Below, one piece after another: positions 10,291 to 20,398 of a DNA stretch of 64,000 nt; position 1 is the first letter of the stretch, and each line of letters opens with the position of its first letter. The DNA is taken from assembly GCA_965205025.1 (NCBI GenBank), contig CBDBFU010000015.1:384001-448000 (forward strand). Reading direction: 5' to 3'. Both the position numbers and the translations under genes were made by a program. Source of the stretch: Candidatus Poribacteria bacterium. GTDB taxonomy: Bacteria; Poribacteria; WGA-4E; WGA-3G. The notes below the pieces were generated by a model, which saw nothing but the letters and a program-made list of their open reading frames with translations, had not been told where the DNA came from and did no database searches.

Positions 10291-10713
10291 GTGTATTGCT
10301 ATGATTACCCGCGTCCCTCAGTTACTGTAGATATTGTCCTGTTGACGGATGTGAAACCATATCCTGAGGTGTTATTAATCCGCAGAAAAAATCCGCCCTT
10401 TAAAAATGCGTGGGCACTCCCGGGTGGATTCTTGGAAATGGAAGAAACACTTGAGGAGAGTGCCTTACGTGAATTATACGAAGAGACAAACATATCTAAT
10501 GTTAAATTGACACAATTAGGAACTTTCGGACATCCTGAGCGTGATCCTCGAGGACGCGTTATAACAGTTGCCTATGTGGGTATTATCACAACTAAAATAC
10601 AGAACGTTATAGCTGGTTCTGATGCCGGTCAGGTTGCTTGGTATTCAACATCTAATTTACCTGAACTTGCATTTGACCATAAAATGATTATTCACACAGC
10701 TTTAAAAAAATAA
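10291..10713 (+). CDS. NUDIX hydrolase (NrtR-like N-domain); likely GTG start at 10291
   Basis: YDYPRPSVTVD, WALPGGF..ETLEESALRELYEET Nudix box, RDPRGRVIT, LAFDH. Confidence 0.9.
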   Translation: MYCYDYPRPSVTVDIVLLTDVKPYPEVLLIRRKNPPFKNAWALPGGFLEMEETLEESALRELYEETNISNVKLTQLGTFGHPERDPRGRVITVAYVGIITTKIQNVIAGSDAGQVAWYSTSNLPELAFDHKMIIHTALKK

Positions 10714-10714
10714 A

Positions 10715-11047
10715 ATGAAACATTACGGTTTGACATTGAATCTAAAAGATGACCCAAAAATAATAGAGCAGTATAAAGCTTACCATCAAGAAGCTTGGCC
10801 TGAAACATTAGCTGGTCTAAAAGCAGTAGGTATAACAAAAATGAATATCTACTTGATAGGTAGACGTTTATTTATGGCAATGGAAACTGTGGATACATTC
10901 GACATAAAACGCGATTTTCCCCGGTATCTTGCGGAACATCCAAAATGCAAAGAGTGGGATCAACTCATGCGTACTTTTCAGGAACCTGTTGATGAAGCAC
11001 AAGCAGATGAATGGTGGGCAGAAATGGAACCTGTGTTTGAGTTATAG
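10715..11047 (+). CDS. L-rhamnose mutarotase family protein
   Basis: YKAYHQEAWPE...GI..MNIYL...WAEMEPVFEL. Confidence 0.85.
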   Translation: MKHYGLTLNLKDDPKIIEQYKAYHQEAWPETLAGLKAVGITKMNIYLIGRRLFMAMETVDTFDIKRDFPRYLAEHPKCKEWDQLMRTFQEPVDEAQADEWWAEMEPVFEL

Positions 11048-11119
11048 GTATTTATAGGATGTGGATAACTTCTTCAATATTGTTTAATTTGACAGGTTAA
11101 GAAAAGGTAAGGTTGAACT

Positions 11120-12091
11120 ATGACTATAAACTACGATTTCATTGCATTCAGCGGTAGGCTCACAGAAAATAGTTGGAGTCTTGGGATGAAAGCCATTCAA
11201 GGTGAGGTGCCATTGGACGTGGTTATACCAAGTCTAAAATCATCCAGTAATTCTGATGAGGATGATATTATCGGTGTATTAAACAAAGAAGGTATATCCC
11301 GAGAAAGTAATGATGTTATGGAACTTTATCGGTATCTCCGTCAATTAAATCCAAAATCTAATCAGGTATTTGGATTTAATGAAGTAGTGATTCGTAATAT
11401 TCATACCCGATTAAACTCTCTGAAGATTAACGATGAACTTCGCGTTCAAATCACTTATACCGAGCGAAGAGAAAACTATAGTCCAGCCACATATAATATA
11501 AAATTATTAGGTATTTATCAGGTGTCTCCAATAGATACAAGTGAACAAGTTCCTAAAGGTGATGATTCTGATAACATACAAATAGATACACCTATAGAGA
11601 ATACTCCACCAGATACACTTACAGATAATATATCCGCTGAAAATGAGACACCACAAAACACACAAGATGACACCAACCAAAGTGAAATACCTATGTTTCC
11701 AAAGGATTTTACTCAGACGGATCAAGATATTCCTGTCTATAAAACAACAAACACTTTAGAGAAGTTGATCGTTTTTACACGAACACTTCAGGCAGAATTA
11801 AATGAAACCAAGAATTCCCTTGCGATGATGGCTGAACAGATACAGATATTAGAAAGCGAACGCGAACATTATCGAGAATTACAAGATTTAATTCAGGATA
11901 TGCTTGATCGGATTACTCATACAGAAAATTTTGAAAATCGTATTATAACTCTTGAAATGGATCATATCCAACTCAAGAAATTACAACAGACATTAGAGAC
12001 ATACTTTAGAACATCCAATCGGCATACACAAATACTCCTCAATGAAATCAATGATGATACGGATGTGAATATCCCTGATTCCCAGACATAA
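11120..12091 (+). CDS. Hypothetical protein with acidic linker and C-terminal coiled coil
   Basis: 323 aa ORF with RBS; heptad-rich C-terminus. Confidence 0.7.
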   Translation: MTINYDFIAFSGRLTENSWSLGMKAIQGEVPLDVVIPSLKSSSNSDEDDIIGVLNKEGISRESNDVMELYRYLRQLNPKSNQVFGFNEVVIRNIHTRLNSLKINDELRVQITYTERRENYSPATYNIKLLGIYQVSPIDTSEQVPKGDDSDNIQIDTPIENTPPDTLTDNISAENETPQNTQDDTNQSEIPMFPKDFTQTDQDIPVYKTTNTLEKLIVFTRTLQAELNETKNSLAMMAEQIQILESEREHYRELQDLIQDMLDRITHTENFENRIITLEMDHIQLKKLQQTLETYFRTSNRHTQILLNEINDDTDVNIPDSQT

Positions 12092-12196
12092 ATCTTATCA
12101 GTTGATGACTATTCTAACTTAATTTCTAATTTGTGACTTACATATCTTATATCACCCCATTAATTGACAGATAACCTGTGGAATGGAGACAATTCC

Positions 12197-12997
12197 ATGA
12201 TGAAAATTGGCACTATGTCTTTAAATGTCAAAGGCACTAATGCAACTGATTTCTCTCAAATTGTTTATGATCTTGGCTTTGATGTGATTGAACTACATTC
12301 AAGTGCCTTTGAATCTACCGACGTTAACTATCTCCGCGACCTGAAGATGAACCTTATGCGAAAAGGTTTGCCATTGGGATATATCGGCATCAGTAATAAC
12401 TTCGGGAAACCTGTAGCTGAACATCCGGAACAGATAGCTTTAATAAAGCAATGGATAGACATCGCTTCATTTATGAGTTGCCCCATAGTACGTGTATTCG
12501 CTGCATACGTTCCTGCCGACTGTGACGACGAAGAAACCTTATGGCCACCAATGATTGAAGCGTTCAAAGAGGTAGCCGAATACGGATATGAATCCGGTAT
12601 ACTTGTTGGTTTACAAAATCACAACCATAATAACGTTACACGTGATGGAGATGCAGTTTTACGCGCACTAAATGGAACTGATCATCCTTATTTCACACAT
12701 ATACTGGATACAGGACAATATGCCGGGTCTCCTGGAGCGAGTGGACATCGTGGTTCATCACATCCTGACTATGATTGCTATGCAAGTATTGAGCAGACTG
12801 CACCACATGCTGTATATGTCCGAACAAAGTTCTATGAAATTGATAGCGGTGTAGAAGAATGGTTGGACTATCCGAGAGTATTGGATATTTTGCGGGGTGT
12901 TGGTTATAATGGATGTCTTTCCGTTGTGTATGAAGGTCAATCCGATCCAATTGAATCAATGCGAAAAGCAAGAAGCTATTTGGAATCCATATTGTAA
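12197..12997 (+). CDS. Sugar phosphate isomerase/epimerase (xylose isomerase-like TIM barrel)
   Basis: GFDVIEL, VRVF, GLQNH, LDTGQ, GYNGCLSVVYEG; GGAG RBS before ATG 12197. Confidence 0.85.
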   Translation: MMKIGTMSLNVKGTNATDFSQIVYDLGFDVIELHSSAFESTDVNYLRDLKMNLMRKGLPLGYIGISNNFGKPVAEHPEQIALIKQWIDIASFMSCPIVRVFAAYVPADCDDEETLWPPMIEAFKEVAEYGYESGILVGLQNHNHNNVTRDGDAVLRALNGTDHPYFTHILDTGQYAGSPGASGHRGSSHPDYDCYASIEQTAPHAVYVRTKFYEIDSGVEEWLDYPRVLDILRGVGYNGCLSVVYEGQSDPIESMRKARSYLESIL

Positions 12998-13018
12998 CAT
13001 AACTTTGTTGAGGGTTAG

Positions 13019-14122
13019 ATGAAAACACGTGCCGCGGTAATGTATGAGCATAATCAACCTGTTGTTGTTGAAGAGCTTGAGTTAGTAGAACCGAAAGCGA
13101 AGGAAGTTCTTGTTCGTACAGCTGCAAGTGGTGTATGCCACTCAGACTTGTCGGTTGTTACAGGTGCTATCTATTATGACGCTGCTGTTATACTTGGACA
13201 TGAAGGTGCTGGTGTAATTGAACAGATTGGGGAAGGTGTTTCAGATTTCCACGTTGGTGATCATGTAATCTTGTCTTTTGTAAGTTATTGTGGCGATTGT
13301 CGAATGTGTCAGATGGAAAAGGTTTGTTTGTGTGAAAGCTACGATGTTCCACGCGGGTATTTGTTAGACGGTACATATCGGTTTTATAACAGTTCTGGCG
13401 ATGGAATTCTTCAGATGGCACGTGTTGCAACAATGTCGGAATATATGGTTGTTCCCGAACAGAATCTTGTCAAAATTGATCCTCATTATTCATTAGAACA
13501 AGCTGCCCTTGTAGGATGTGGCGTGACGACAGGTGTTGGAGCGGTGTTAAATACTGCTAAAGTTGAACATGGAAGTTCTGTGGCAGTAATAGGGACCGGT
13601 GGTGTCGGCTTAAATGCAATTCAAGGGGCTGTATTAGCAGAAGCAGAACAGATTATCGCGGTCGATATTGCTGAGAAGAAACTCAACTTTGCTAAAACTT
13701 TCGGGGCAACTGATGTTGTGAATGCAGCAGAGATAGATGCCGTTGAAGGGGTTCATGAAATAACGAAAGGTCTGGGTGTTGATTACGCATTTGAGGTAAT
13801 TGGAAATCCGGATACTATCAGACAGGCGTATCAAATGGTACGTCCCGCAGGCACTGCTGTCATTGTCGGCATGGCACACCATGAAATAGAATTTAGCATT
13901 CCGGCACAACACTTCGTTTCATCTGAAAGACAGATTATTGGTTCATTTTACGGCTCATGTCAGCCACGTGTTGATATGCCGAAACTTCTTAGTTTATATA
14001 CAGAAGGTAAGTTGAAGTTAGACGAATTAATCACACGTCACTATAGTCTCGAACAAATTAACGAAGCGTTTGCCGATATGGAAGCCGGTGAAAATGCGCG
14101 GGGTGTTATAATCTTCAATTAA
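13019..14122 (+). CDS. Zn-dependent alcohol dehydrogenase (class III-like MDR)
   Basis: GVCHSD, GHEGAG, four-Cys structural Zn, GCGVTTGVG, GTGGVG. Confidence 0.95.
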   Translation: MKTRAAVMYEHNQPVVVEELELVEPKAKEVLVRTAASGVCHSDLSVVTGAIYYDAAVILGHEGAGVIEQIGEGVSDFHVGDHVILSFVSYCGDCRMCQMEKVCLCESYDVPRGYLLDGTYRFYNSSGDGILQMARVATMSEYMVVPEQNLVKIDPHYSLEQAALVGCGVTTGVGAVLNTAKVEHGSSVAVIGTGGVGLNAIQGAVLAEAEQIIAVDIAEKKLNFAKTFGATDVVNAAEIDAVEGVHEITKGLGVDYAFEVIGNPDTIRQAYQMVRPAGTAVIVGMAHHEIEFSIPAQHFVSSERQIIGSFYGSCQPRVDMPKLLSLYTEGKLKLDELITRHYSLEQINEAFADMEAGENARGVIIFN

Positions 14123-14254
14123 CCAGATCTCAAGATTATAATAGTCTTTCCTACCATAAACCTTAATTGAAGAAAAGTAAGACACTACTACTTGCTTTGG
14201 TATAGTCCTTTCATTGTACCAGTTCACCCCAAAGAAATAGTTGAAGATCGAATT

Positions 14255-15031
14255 ATGAAATCCATCCACAAAGCGGTTCGCGACCAGTTTAGCCAACATG
14301 CTGATTATTATGCAGAAAGCAGTGCACATGCCAAAGGCGATACTCTTGAGGTAATTCTTGACTTTGCAGATACACAAGGCACTGAAAAGACACTGGATAT
14401 TGCCACGGGAACAGGTTTTACAGCCTTCGCAATTGCCCCTAAAGTTTCACATGTAATTGCCACGGATCTTACGCCAGAAATGGTTGAAAAAGCGGCTGAA
14501 TTAGCACAAGAACAGGAAATATCCAACATCACATTTTCTGTTGCTGCTGCGGAAGCTTTGCCCTTTACTACCGGATCAATGGACTTGGTCACCTGTAGAC
14601 TCGCCCCACATCATTTTCAAGATGTACCAAAATTCTTAAATGAGGTATATCGAGTCTTACGATCTGATGGTCTGTTTTGCCTAACAGATTCCGTATCACC
14701 CGAATCAGAGGATTTAATCGCGTGGCAAAATCGTGTTGAGAAACTTCGTGACGAGTCCCATGTATTTGGATATCCACCATCCCAGTGGAATAAGATGATA
14801 CAAGATGCAGGGTTTAATATTGAGGATTCAGCACATACAAGAAATGCACAGATGTCGTTTTTGTGGTGGGTACGTCCTCAGAAGAATCCACCTGAGATCG
14901 TTAAGGAAATCCGTGATGCTTTTGCGAAACTCTCTCCGGATGATGCGAAAAAATACTATACATTTGAACCATCAGGTGATGACTTCTATTTTTCTTGGCC
15001 AATGTATGCGGTTAAAGCAAAACGCCTGTAA
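14255..15031 (+). CDS. Class I SAM-dependent methyltransferase
   Basis: LDIATGTG, DLVTCRLAPHHF, RVLR..G; probable ATG at 14255. Confidence 0.9.
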   Translation: MKSIHKAVRDQFSQHADYYAESSAHAKGDTLEVILDFADTQGTEKTLDIATGTGFTAFAIAPKVSHVIATDLTPEMVEKAAELAQEQEISNITFSVAAAEALPFTTGSMDLVTCRLAPHHFQDVPKFLNEVYRVLRSDGLFCLTDSVSPESEDLIAWQNRVEKLRDESHVFGYPPSQWNKMIQDAGFNIEDSAHTRNAQMSFLWWVRPQKNPPEIVKEIRDAFAKLSPDDAKKYYTFEPSGDDFYFSWPMYAVKAKRL

Positions 15032-15043
15032 GGAAAATCTGAA

Positions 15044-15346
15044 ATGACACAAGAAAAATTTCAAGAACATATACTAAAAGAATTAGGCGAAATAAAAACT
15101 CTCTTTATCAAAAATGAAGAAGATCATGGAAAACTTTCTACTAAATTAGAAACCGTCAAAACTGAAGTAGAATCCGTTAGAACTGAAGTAGAATCCGTTA
15201 GAACTGAAGTAGAATCCGTTAGAACTGAAGTAGAATCCGTTAGAACTGAAATGCATAAAAGTTTAAACATGCACTTACGATGGGCTATAGGAACAACAAT
15301 AGCTATAGCAACCCTTGCGTTTGTAATAGCAAAATATATAACATAA
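15044..15346 (+). CDS. Small coiled-coil protein with C-terminal membrane anchor
   Basis: TEVESVR heptads followed by a hydrophobic tail. Confidence 0.75.
   Translation: MTQEKFQEHILKELGEIKTLFIKNEEDHGKLSTKLETVKTEVESVRTEVESVRTEVESVRTEVESVRTEMHKSLNMHLRWAIGTTIAIATLAFVIAKYIT
15160..15249 (+). repeat. 21-bp tandem repeat (AACTGAAGTAGAATCCGTTAG, about 4 copies)
   Basis: Perfect direct repeats encoding TEVESVR. Confidence 0.95.
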
Positions 15347-15448
15347 TTCTTTTTCTCTCATCAATCAAGTTGCTCTGTGCTTAATACCTACAAAAGAGAG
15401 GATCGGGGATTGGAATTCCCTCCTACAGAATATAAGATGGTAGTTCTG

Positions 15449-15482
15449 AAGATAAAGTTCCTATGTTTAGTTGACAACTATT
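15449..15482. repeat. 34-bp dispersed repeat (second copy 21431-21464), probable MITE end next to a REP-like palindrome
   Basis: AAGATRAAGTTCCTATGTTTAGTTGACAACTATT 33/34 identical; both preceded by ...CCTACA palindromes. Confidence 0.7.
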
Positions 15483-15512
15483 GTCTCGCTACCACTCTCC
15501 CCAACCTACAAA

Positions 15513-16346
15513 CTATGTTCCATCTTCTCCATCTTCAGTTGCCTCTATTGATCTTATATATAAATACGGCTTGCTATAGTCGTTGACGTGTATTTGATAA
15601 TTACCCACCGAGAGCATGCCGAGGTCTATCTCAGTAGTGTATGACGGACTTAGAAATGTCTTGCTTGGATGTATCATGAGCGCACACTCGGTATTGACGA
15701 TTCGCACTTCACCCAATATATCAACGTCGATTGTATAATAGCCTGTATCACCCCACTCACTCCACCGATCATAAAGTTCAATGTGTGTCTTGAGGTGCGG
15801 AATACATTTGCTCTCAAAGTATCCGACCACACCCATCGTAACCTGAACAGGTTCAGACGTTTTAATGTAAGGTCGCGGCTCAGTCACCTCAACATCGTCA
15901 GCTGTCTTTATCGTAAAGTATACATGCTCAATGATAGGTCCCGTTTTTACATACCCTGCATCCGCAGCAATACGAAACTTCAGTAGTTCATGGCTGCCAG
16001 ACATAACTTTGTATTCACCGACATCGAGATTCCTGATCGTAACCTCTCCATACACATCCGTTACGGCGTCTCCACACAAACCCCAACCGGTAGCAACTTG
16101 CATCGTTGCCGTAAGTTGTATCGTTTTCCCGTCCCGGTCTGCGGATACTTTCGCGGATTCGCCTACACATGTGTTATGATGTGATCCAAGTACGCCAATC
16201 ACAACCGTGGCAGGTCTATCTTCAGAAACAGACAATATACCAACCTTATCTATCGGCATATTCGTTTTTTTAGGGAAAAGACTGCCACACCCTATAAATG
16301 AAACGACACCAAATAAAATGAGAATACCGATGATCCGATTTAGCAC
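15513..16346 (-). CDS. Lipoprotein with two Cys-pair beta domains
   Basis: Lipobox FIGC; HHNTC...CGDAV and a second C...C repeat. Confidence 0.75.
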   Translation of the reverse strand: MLNRIIGILILFGVVSFIGCGSLFPKKTNMPIDKVGILSVSEDRPATVVIGVLGSHHNTCVGESAKVSADRDGKTIQLTATMQVATGWGLCGDAVTDVYGEVTIRNLDVGEYKVMSGSHELLKFRIAADAGYVKTGPIIEHVYFTIKTADDVEVTEPRPYIKTSEPVQVTMGVVGYFESKCIPHLKTHIELYDRWSEWGDTGYYTIDVDILGEVRIVNTECALMIHPSKTFLSPSYTTEIDLGMLSVGNYQIHVNDYSKPYLYIRSIEATEDGEDGT

Positions 16347-16427
16347 TTTTTACCTCTTATGTTTGTATATAAATAAGCCGTATTTTTTTTCATGATTATT
16401 GTTTCCTTTGTAGACTAAAGTTAAACT

Positions 16428-16549
16428 AACGTGAGTTTGATAAATCAGATATTAATGCTCGATGCGGTTAGGAAACCGCACCTACCGGGTCTAAAGGACT
16501 GATATTTTTGGATAAATGAAACTTATTTGCCTATTACCAAACTCACGTT
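16428..16549. mobile_element. MITE (122 bp) containing a GTAG-type REP
   Basis: TIR AACGTGAGTTTG/CAAACTCACGTT, 5-bp TSD AAACT on both sides; internal TGCGGTTAGGAAACCGCACCTACC. Confidence 0.85.
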
Positions 16550-16610
16550 AAACTAAGTTGGGAACTCAGCTCTATACGTATTGTAAATCTACAAATATTT
16601 ACCGCTATAC

Positions 16611-18257
16611 TCAAATTTGCTTAGACACCTGATCTGCTAACCGGGTCAGTGCGCGTGACATGTCCGATTTATCAAGTATCACTTCAATCAGGACATAGTG
16701 TTGTGTCTCTGCAAGCGCGATTTTCATGGCTCTGTCAAATTCAGCTTCAGTGTGAACAACGAACCCGCGTCCTGTGCCGAGGAGTTCTGGCATACGCGCA
16801 TAGTGCCAATTCTCTATATCGTTGAAGCTGCCTTCAATGAAGGGACGTAGGGTACCATAGCCAGAATTGTTTAGGACAAGGATGATCGGATTGAGTCCGT
16901 AACGGATAGTGGTTGATAACTCGGTGCCGGTCATTTGGAATGCCCCATCTCCTACAATAACAAGTGGTCGGGAAGTAGGTTTGCCGAGTTGTGCGCCAAT
17001 TGCAGCAGGGATTGAGAATCCCATTGATGTATAATATGCAAGACTAATAAACTCCGTGCGTTCAGGGAGTCGAAGGTCCGCAGCAGCCCAAAGGCCATCA
17101 CCAACATCCGCAATCACAGTCATGTCTTCATTTAATAACAGGTTCAGTTGTTGGAACAGGCGGTGCACTGTTAGGGGTTGGTCAGGCACCATCTCAAAGG
17201 GTTCTGGCACTGTCAGCACCCATTCCAAGTCTATGTCCCCCCGTTTATGTAGTTTGGAAGAATTCAAGCCGTCAATAAAATCCTCTAATGTGACATCTTC
17301 ATAAGTAGAGTAACCGACCGAGATTCTATCCGAGGTTGCGTATACACAACGACTTCGCTCAAGATTTGATTTATATGTCCCAAAGTTCACATCTGTCATG
17401 AAAGCCCCGCAAACGATAACACAATCGGATGATTCAACAAGCATAGTGACTTCATCTCTGGCTGTCGCGCCGCCATAAATCCCCAGGTAAAGGGGATGTG
17501 CCTCTGGCATCACCGATTTGCCCAACAACGTCGTCGCCACAGGGAATTGTCTCTCTTCAGCAAGTCGAAGTAACTTGTCTTGATAACCGAATCTATGGAG
17601 TTCCGCACCAGCTAAAATAACAGAATTTTCGGATTGATTTATAAACGCAATGGCATCTGTTAAGGCAGCATCCAAAGTTTTCGGGTTACTGTGATGTCCA
17701 CCCGTTGAAGGTCGTTGATAGGCTGCTCCCGGTTCACTTACCATATCGCGCGGCAGCTCAATGTAGCCCGGACGCTTATGCCAATAAACAGCATCCAGAA
17801 CTCTATCTATCTCGTTAAAGGCTGTAAAAGGTTCGTCAAGAAGTGCAGAGGCAACAGTTATCTCGTTATAGATACGTTGCTGTGTATAAAAATCTCTACC
17901 TTTATGATGTAAAAGCGCATCCGCTGTCCGTTCCTTTATCCCTGGGCTACCACTAATAACAACAAGTGGTGATTTTTCAGCGTAAGCAGCGGTGACTGCG
18001 TTGATCATAGATAATCCACCGACACCATATGTCACGCACGCAGCTCCCATCCCCTTTGTCCGAGCATAGGCATCTGCGGCATATCCCGCCGTCTCTTCCC
18101 GCGTGGTACCGATGTGTTGAATAGGACTCCGCTCAATCATATCAAAGAACTGCACAATATAATCACCCGGTATGCCAAAAATATGGTCAATATCGTAAGA
18201 CTGTAGTTTTCTCAGAAGATACTCACCGATTGTGGTAGTCGGTTGACAATTTAACAT
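16611..18257 (-). CDS. ThDP-dependent alpha-keto acid (indolepyruvate/phenylpyruvate-type) decarboxylase
   Basis: IFGIPGDY, AGYAADAYAR, LLHH, VGDGAFQMTGTEL...LNNSGY. Confidence 0.9.
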   Translation of the reverse strand: MLNCQPTTTIGEYLLRKLQSYDIDHIFGIPGDYIVQFFDMIERSPIQHIGTTREETAGYAADAYARTKGMGAACVTYGVGGLSMINAVTAAYAEKSPLVVISGSPGIKERTADALLHHKGRDFYTQQRIYNEITVASALLDEPFTAFNEIDRVLDAVYWHKRPGYIELPRDMVSEPGAAYQRPSTGGHHSNPKTLDAALTDAIAFINQSENSVILAGAELHRFGYQDKLLRLAEERQFPVATTLLGKSVMPEAHPLYLGIYGGATARDEVTMLVESSDCVIVCGAFMTDVNFGTYKSNLERSRCVYATSDRISVGYSTYEDVTLEDFIDGLNSSKLHKRGDIDLEWVLTVPEPFEMVPDQPLTVHRLFQQLNLLLNEDMTVIADVGDGLWAAADLRLPERTEFISLAYYTSMGFSIPAAIGAQLGKPTSRPLVIVGDGAFQMTGTELSTTIRYGLNPIILVLNNSGYGTLRPFIEGSFNDIENWHYARMPELLGTGRGFVVHTEAEFDRAMKIALAETQHYVLIEVILDKSDMSRALTRLADQVSKQI

Positions 18258-18327
18258 AAAATTCCTCCTTTAAGATAAGCGGAAAACCGCCTCTCGTCCG
18301 CTATCACCGTCTGCAATTCCGCTGCCA

Positions 18328-19347
18328 CTATTCGACTTTTATATCCCCCCATGCTGTGAGCAACCTATCTGATGCTGCTACGCTTAGGTTATTGAGCATG
18401 AGTTCTTCTACGGTCGGTAAGATTTGGGGACCAAGTCCTTTCACCACACCGCCAATCGCGTAGATTTTGTTATTGACAGTGCCCGTTCCCAGGAACACCC
18501 GTGCTGTTGGCATATCCGTGCTTTTTTCCCATGTATCTGTCAACGGATCGTAATATTCAACGGTTGTCAATCCGGGACCTTGGACGACGGCTGTGCCACC
18601 GATAGCGTATATTTTCGCATTCCCTTTACTTACTGCCAGTGCGGTTCTGGCAGTCGGCATATCCGCTTTTTGTGTCCAGGTGTCTGTATGTGGATCATAT
18701 TCTGAAACAGTTTTCACGGCGGGTCCTTGTATGTTTTGGACACCCCCGATCAGATATATCTTATCTCTAAAGACCGTCGCGGCCATCCCGGAGCGTGTGT
18801 TTGGCATATCCGCTTTTTGTGTCCAGGTATTTGTGAGTGTATCATATACTTCCATTGTTGCTAACACGGGACCGACATTTTGCGCGACGCCACCGAATGT
18901 GTAAATCTTACTACCGACTGCGACAGCAGCGAAAAAGGATCGCGGCGAGGGCATATCTGCTTTCTGTGTCCAGGTGTTAGTGTTTGGGTCATATTGCGTG
19001 ACGGTGCCGACTGCGGGATTCTGCGCGTCCCATCCGCCGATAGCATAAATCTTCCCATCCACAACGCATGTCGCGACCCCGGCGCGCGGTGCGGGTAGAT
19101 TTGCTTTTTTTATCCATCTATCGGTTTTAGGGATGAATGCCTCAACACTGTCAATTGGGGCAGCGAGCATACCCCCAACAACATATATTTCTTGGTCAAC
19201 CGAAGCCGTTGAGAAAAAGAGTCTTGGATTTACCATGTCTGCTTTTTGTGTCCACTGCTGTGCGTTGACACTGTTTGTCAAAAATGCTATACAGAATACG
19301 GGGAATAGCCACCCCCATTGAAAAATCGAAACTTTATATTTTTTCAT
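18328..19347 (-). CDS. Secreted Kelch-repeat beta-propeller protein
   Basis: Signal peptide; six KIYAIGG...YDP.TDTWTQKADMP repeats; C-terminal LLTAWGDIK. Confidence 0.92.
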   Translation of the reverse strand: MKKYKVSIFQWGWLFPVFCIAFLTNSVNAQQWTQKADMVNPRLFFSTASVDQEIYVVGGMLAAPIDSVEAFIPKTDRWIKKANLPAPRAGVATCVVDGKIYAIGGWDAQNPAVGTVTQYDPNTNTWTQKADMPSPRSFFAAVAVGSKIYTFGGVAQNVGPVLATMEVYDTLTNTWTQKADMPNTRSGMAATVFRDKIYLIGGVQNIQGPAVKTVSEYDPHTDTWTQKADMPTARTALAVSKGNAKIYAIGGTAVVQGPGLTTVEYYDPLTDTWEKSTDMPTARVFLGTGTVNNKIYAIGGVVKGLGPQILPTVEELMLNNLSVAASDRLLTAWGDIKVE

Positions 19348-19355
19348 AAATCCTC

Positions 19356-19841
19356 CTATGAGTTGTTTGCTTTTATTATGCCGACACGAAACGTTTTGGT
19401 ATACCCATTGACATTAAGTGTATATTCACCGGGCCGGCAGTATCCGATGAAAATGGATTCGTGGTAGAACTCGACAGCATCAGTGCAGACGTCACCAGGA
19501 CTCGACAGGTAACCGGTCATTTGGATTTCAATAACATCTCCGTCTCGCCACAAAGGGTGTCCATCTATGTCATTACGCTTAGGATAAACCGTTTCCTTAT
19601 GTCCACCGCAGCCATTCGAAAATACTGCGGTAACCACAATATTGACAGCATAAAAGTTGCTATACGCTACTTTCGTAGCGCTTATCTGAATATCATCATC
19701 AATGGCTACCCTCCCAATATTCTCGCGTTCACAACTGATAAGACCTATCGCAATGAGTATTATAAATAATGAAATATGCGTATAGACTTTTTTTATGAAG
19801 TTAGCACCTCCGTAGAATACTTTTACACTCGATGTCTGCAA
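19356..19841 (-). CDS. Small Cys-pair lipoprotein (start uncertain)
   Basis: Lipobox LISC; NGC...CTDAV...FIGYCRPGEYTLNVN. Confidence 0.7.
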   Translation of the reverse strand: MQTSSVKVFYGGANFIKKVYTHISLFIILIAIGLISCERENIGRVAIDDDIQISATKVAYSNFYAVNIVVTAVFSNGCGGHKETVYPKRNDIDGHPLWRDGDVIEIQMTGYLSSPGDVCTDAVEFYHESIFIGYCRPGEYTLNVNGYTKTFRVGIIKANNS

Positions 19842-19897
19842 AATTATTGGCTATAATGAATAGATATGGACACGTGAATGAAAATGTCCGTATCTAT

Positions 19898-20386
19898 TTA
19901 TTGTGATGTAATATCTGGAACACTGAACTCTTTTTTAAAGTCATTTATATTGAGCTCATATTTTCCTTGTGTGCAGAAACCGATAAAGACAACTTCGACA
20001 TGAAACCCTGCGAGATCACGAATTGCTTTTAAATCGGTGTTTCGGTGTTCTGCCATCTTGACGTTGATGGTATCGTCATCGTTGTATATAGGATGTCCTG
20101 CAAATGTCATGGCAGGTGTTTCTAAAGGATATTCTGTCTTATAGTCTACGTTACCTGCGTAGCCGGCGTGGATTTCACAATGAACGATAGCGAAAACAGC
20201 GTAATGTGGTGTTTCAAAATGTTCTTGTACTGCTATAGTATATATGTGACTATCAAAAATGTGCATAGGCACTATGTCAATTTTTTCATCCCTTTCACAA
20301 CTGATCAGTATGCATATGATTATCAACACGATGAATAGCGTAGTATATTGACGCATTTTGTCTCCTTGAATGCTCCCGATAAGCAC
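19898..20386 (-). CDS. Small lipoprotein, paralog of 19356-19841 (probable start at the MRQY Met)
   Basis: LISCER lipobox; GHP..DDD.I; FIGFCTQGKYELNIN. Confidence 0.7.
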   Translation of the reverse strand: MLIGSIQGDKMRQYTTLFIVLIIICILISCERDEKIDIVPMHIFDSHIYTIAVQEHFETPHYAVFAIVHCEIHAGYAGNVDYKTEYPLETPAMTFAGHPIYNDDDTINVKMAEHRNTDLKAIRDLAGFHVEVVFIGFCTQGKYELNINDFKKEFSVPDITSQ

Positions 20387-20398
20387 GTTGTTTTATGT

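Noticed and set aside
15160-15249. CRISPR array
   Set aside because: Contiguous 21-bp in-frame coding repeats without spacers; no cas genes.
18278-18323. TPP riboswitch upstream of the ThDP-dependent decarboxylase
   Set aside because: A GCGGAA...TTCCGC stem exists but the UGAGA and other thi-box motifs are absent.
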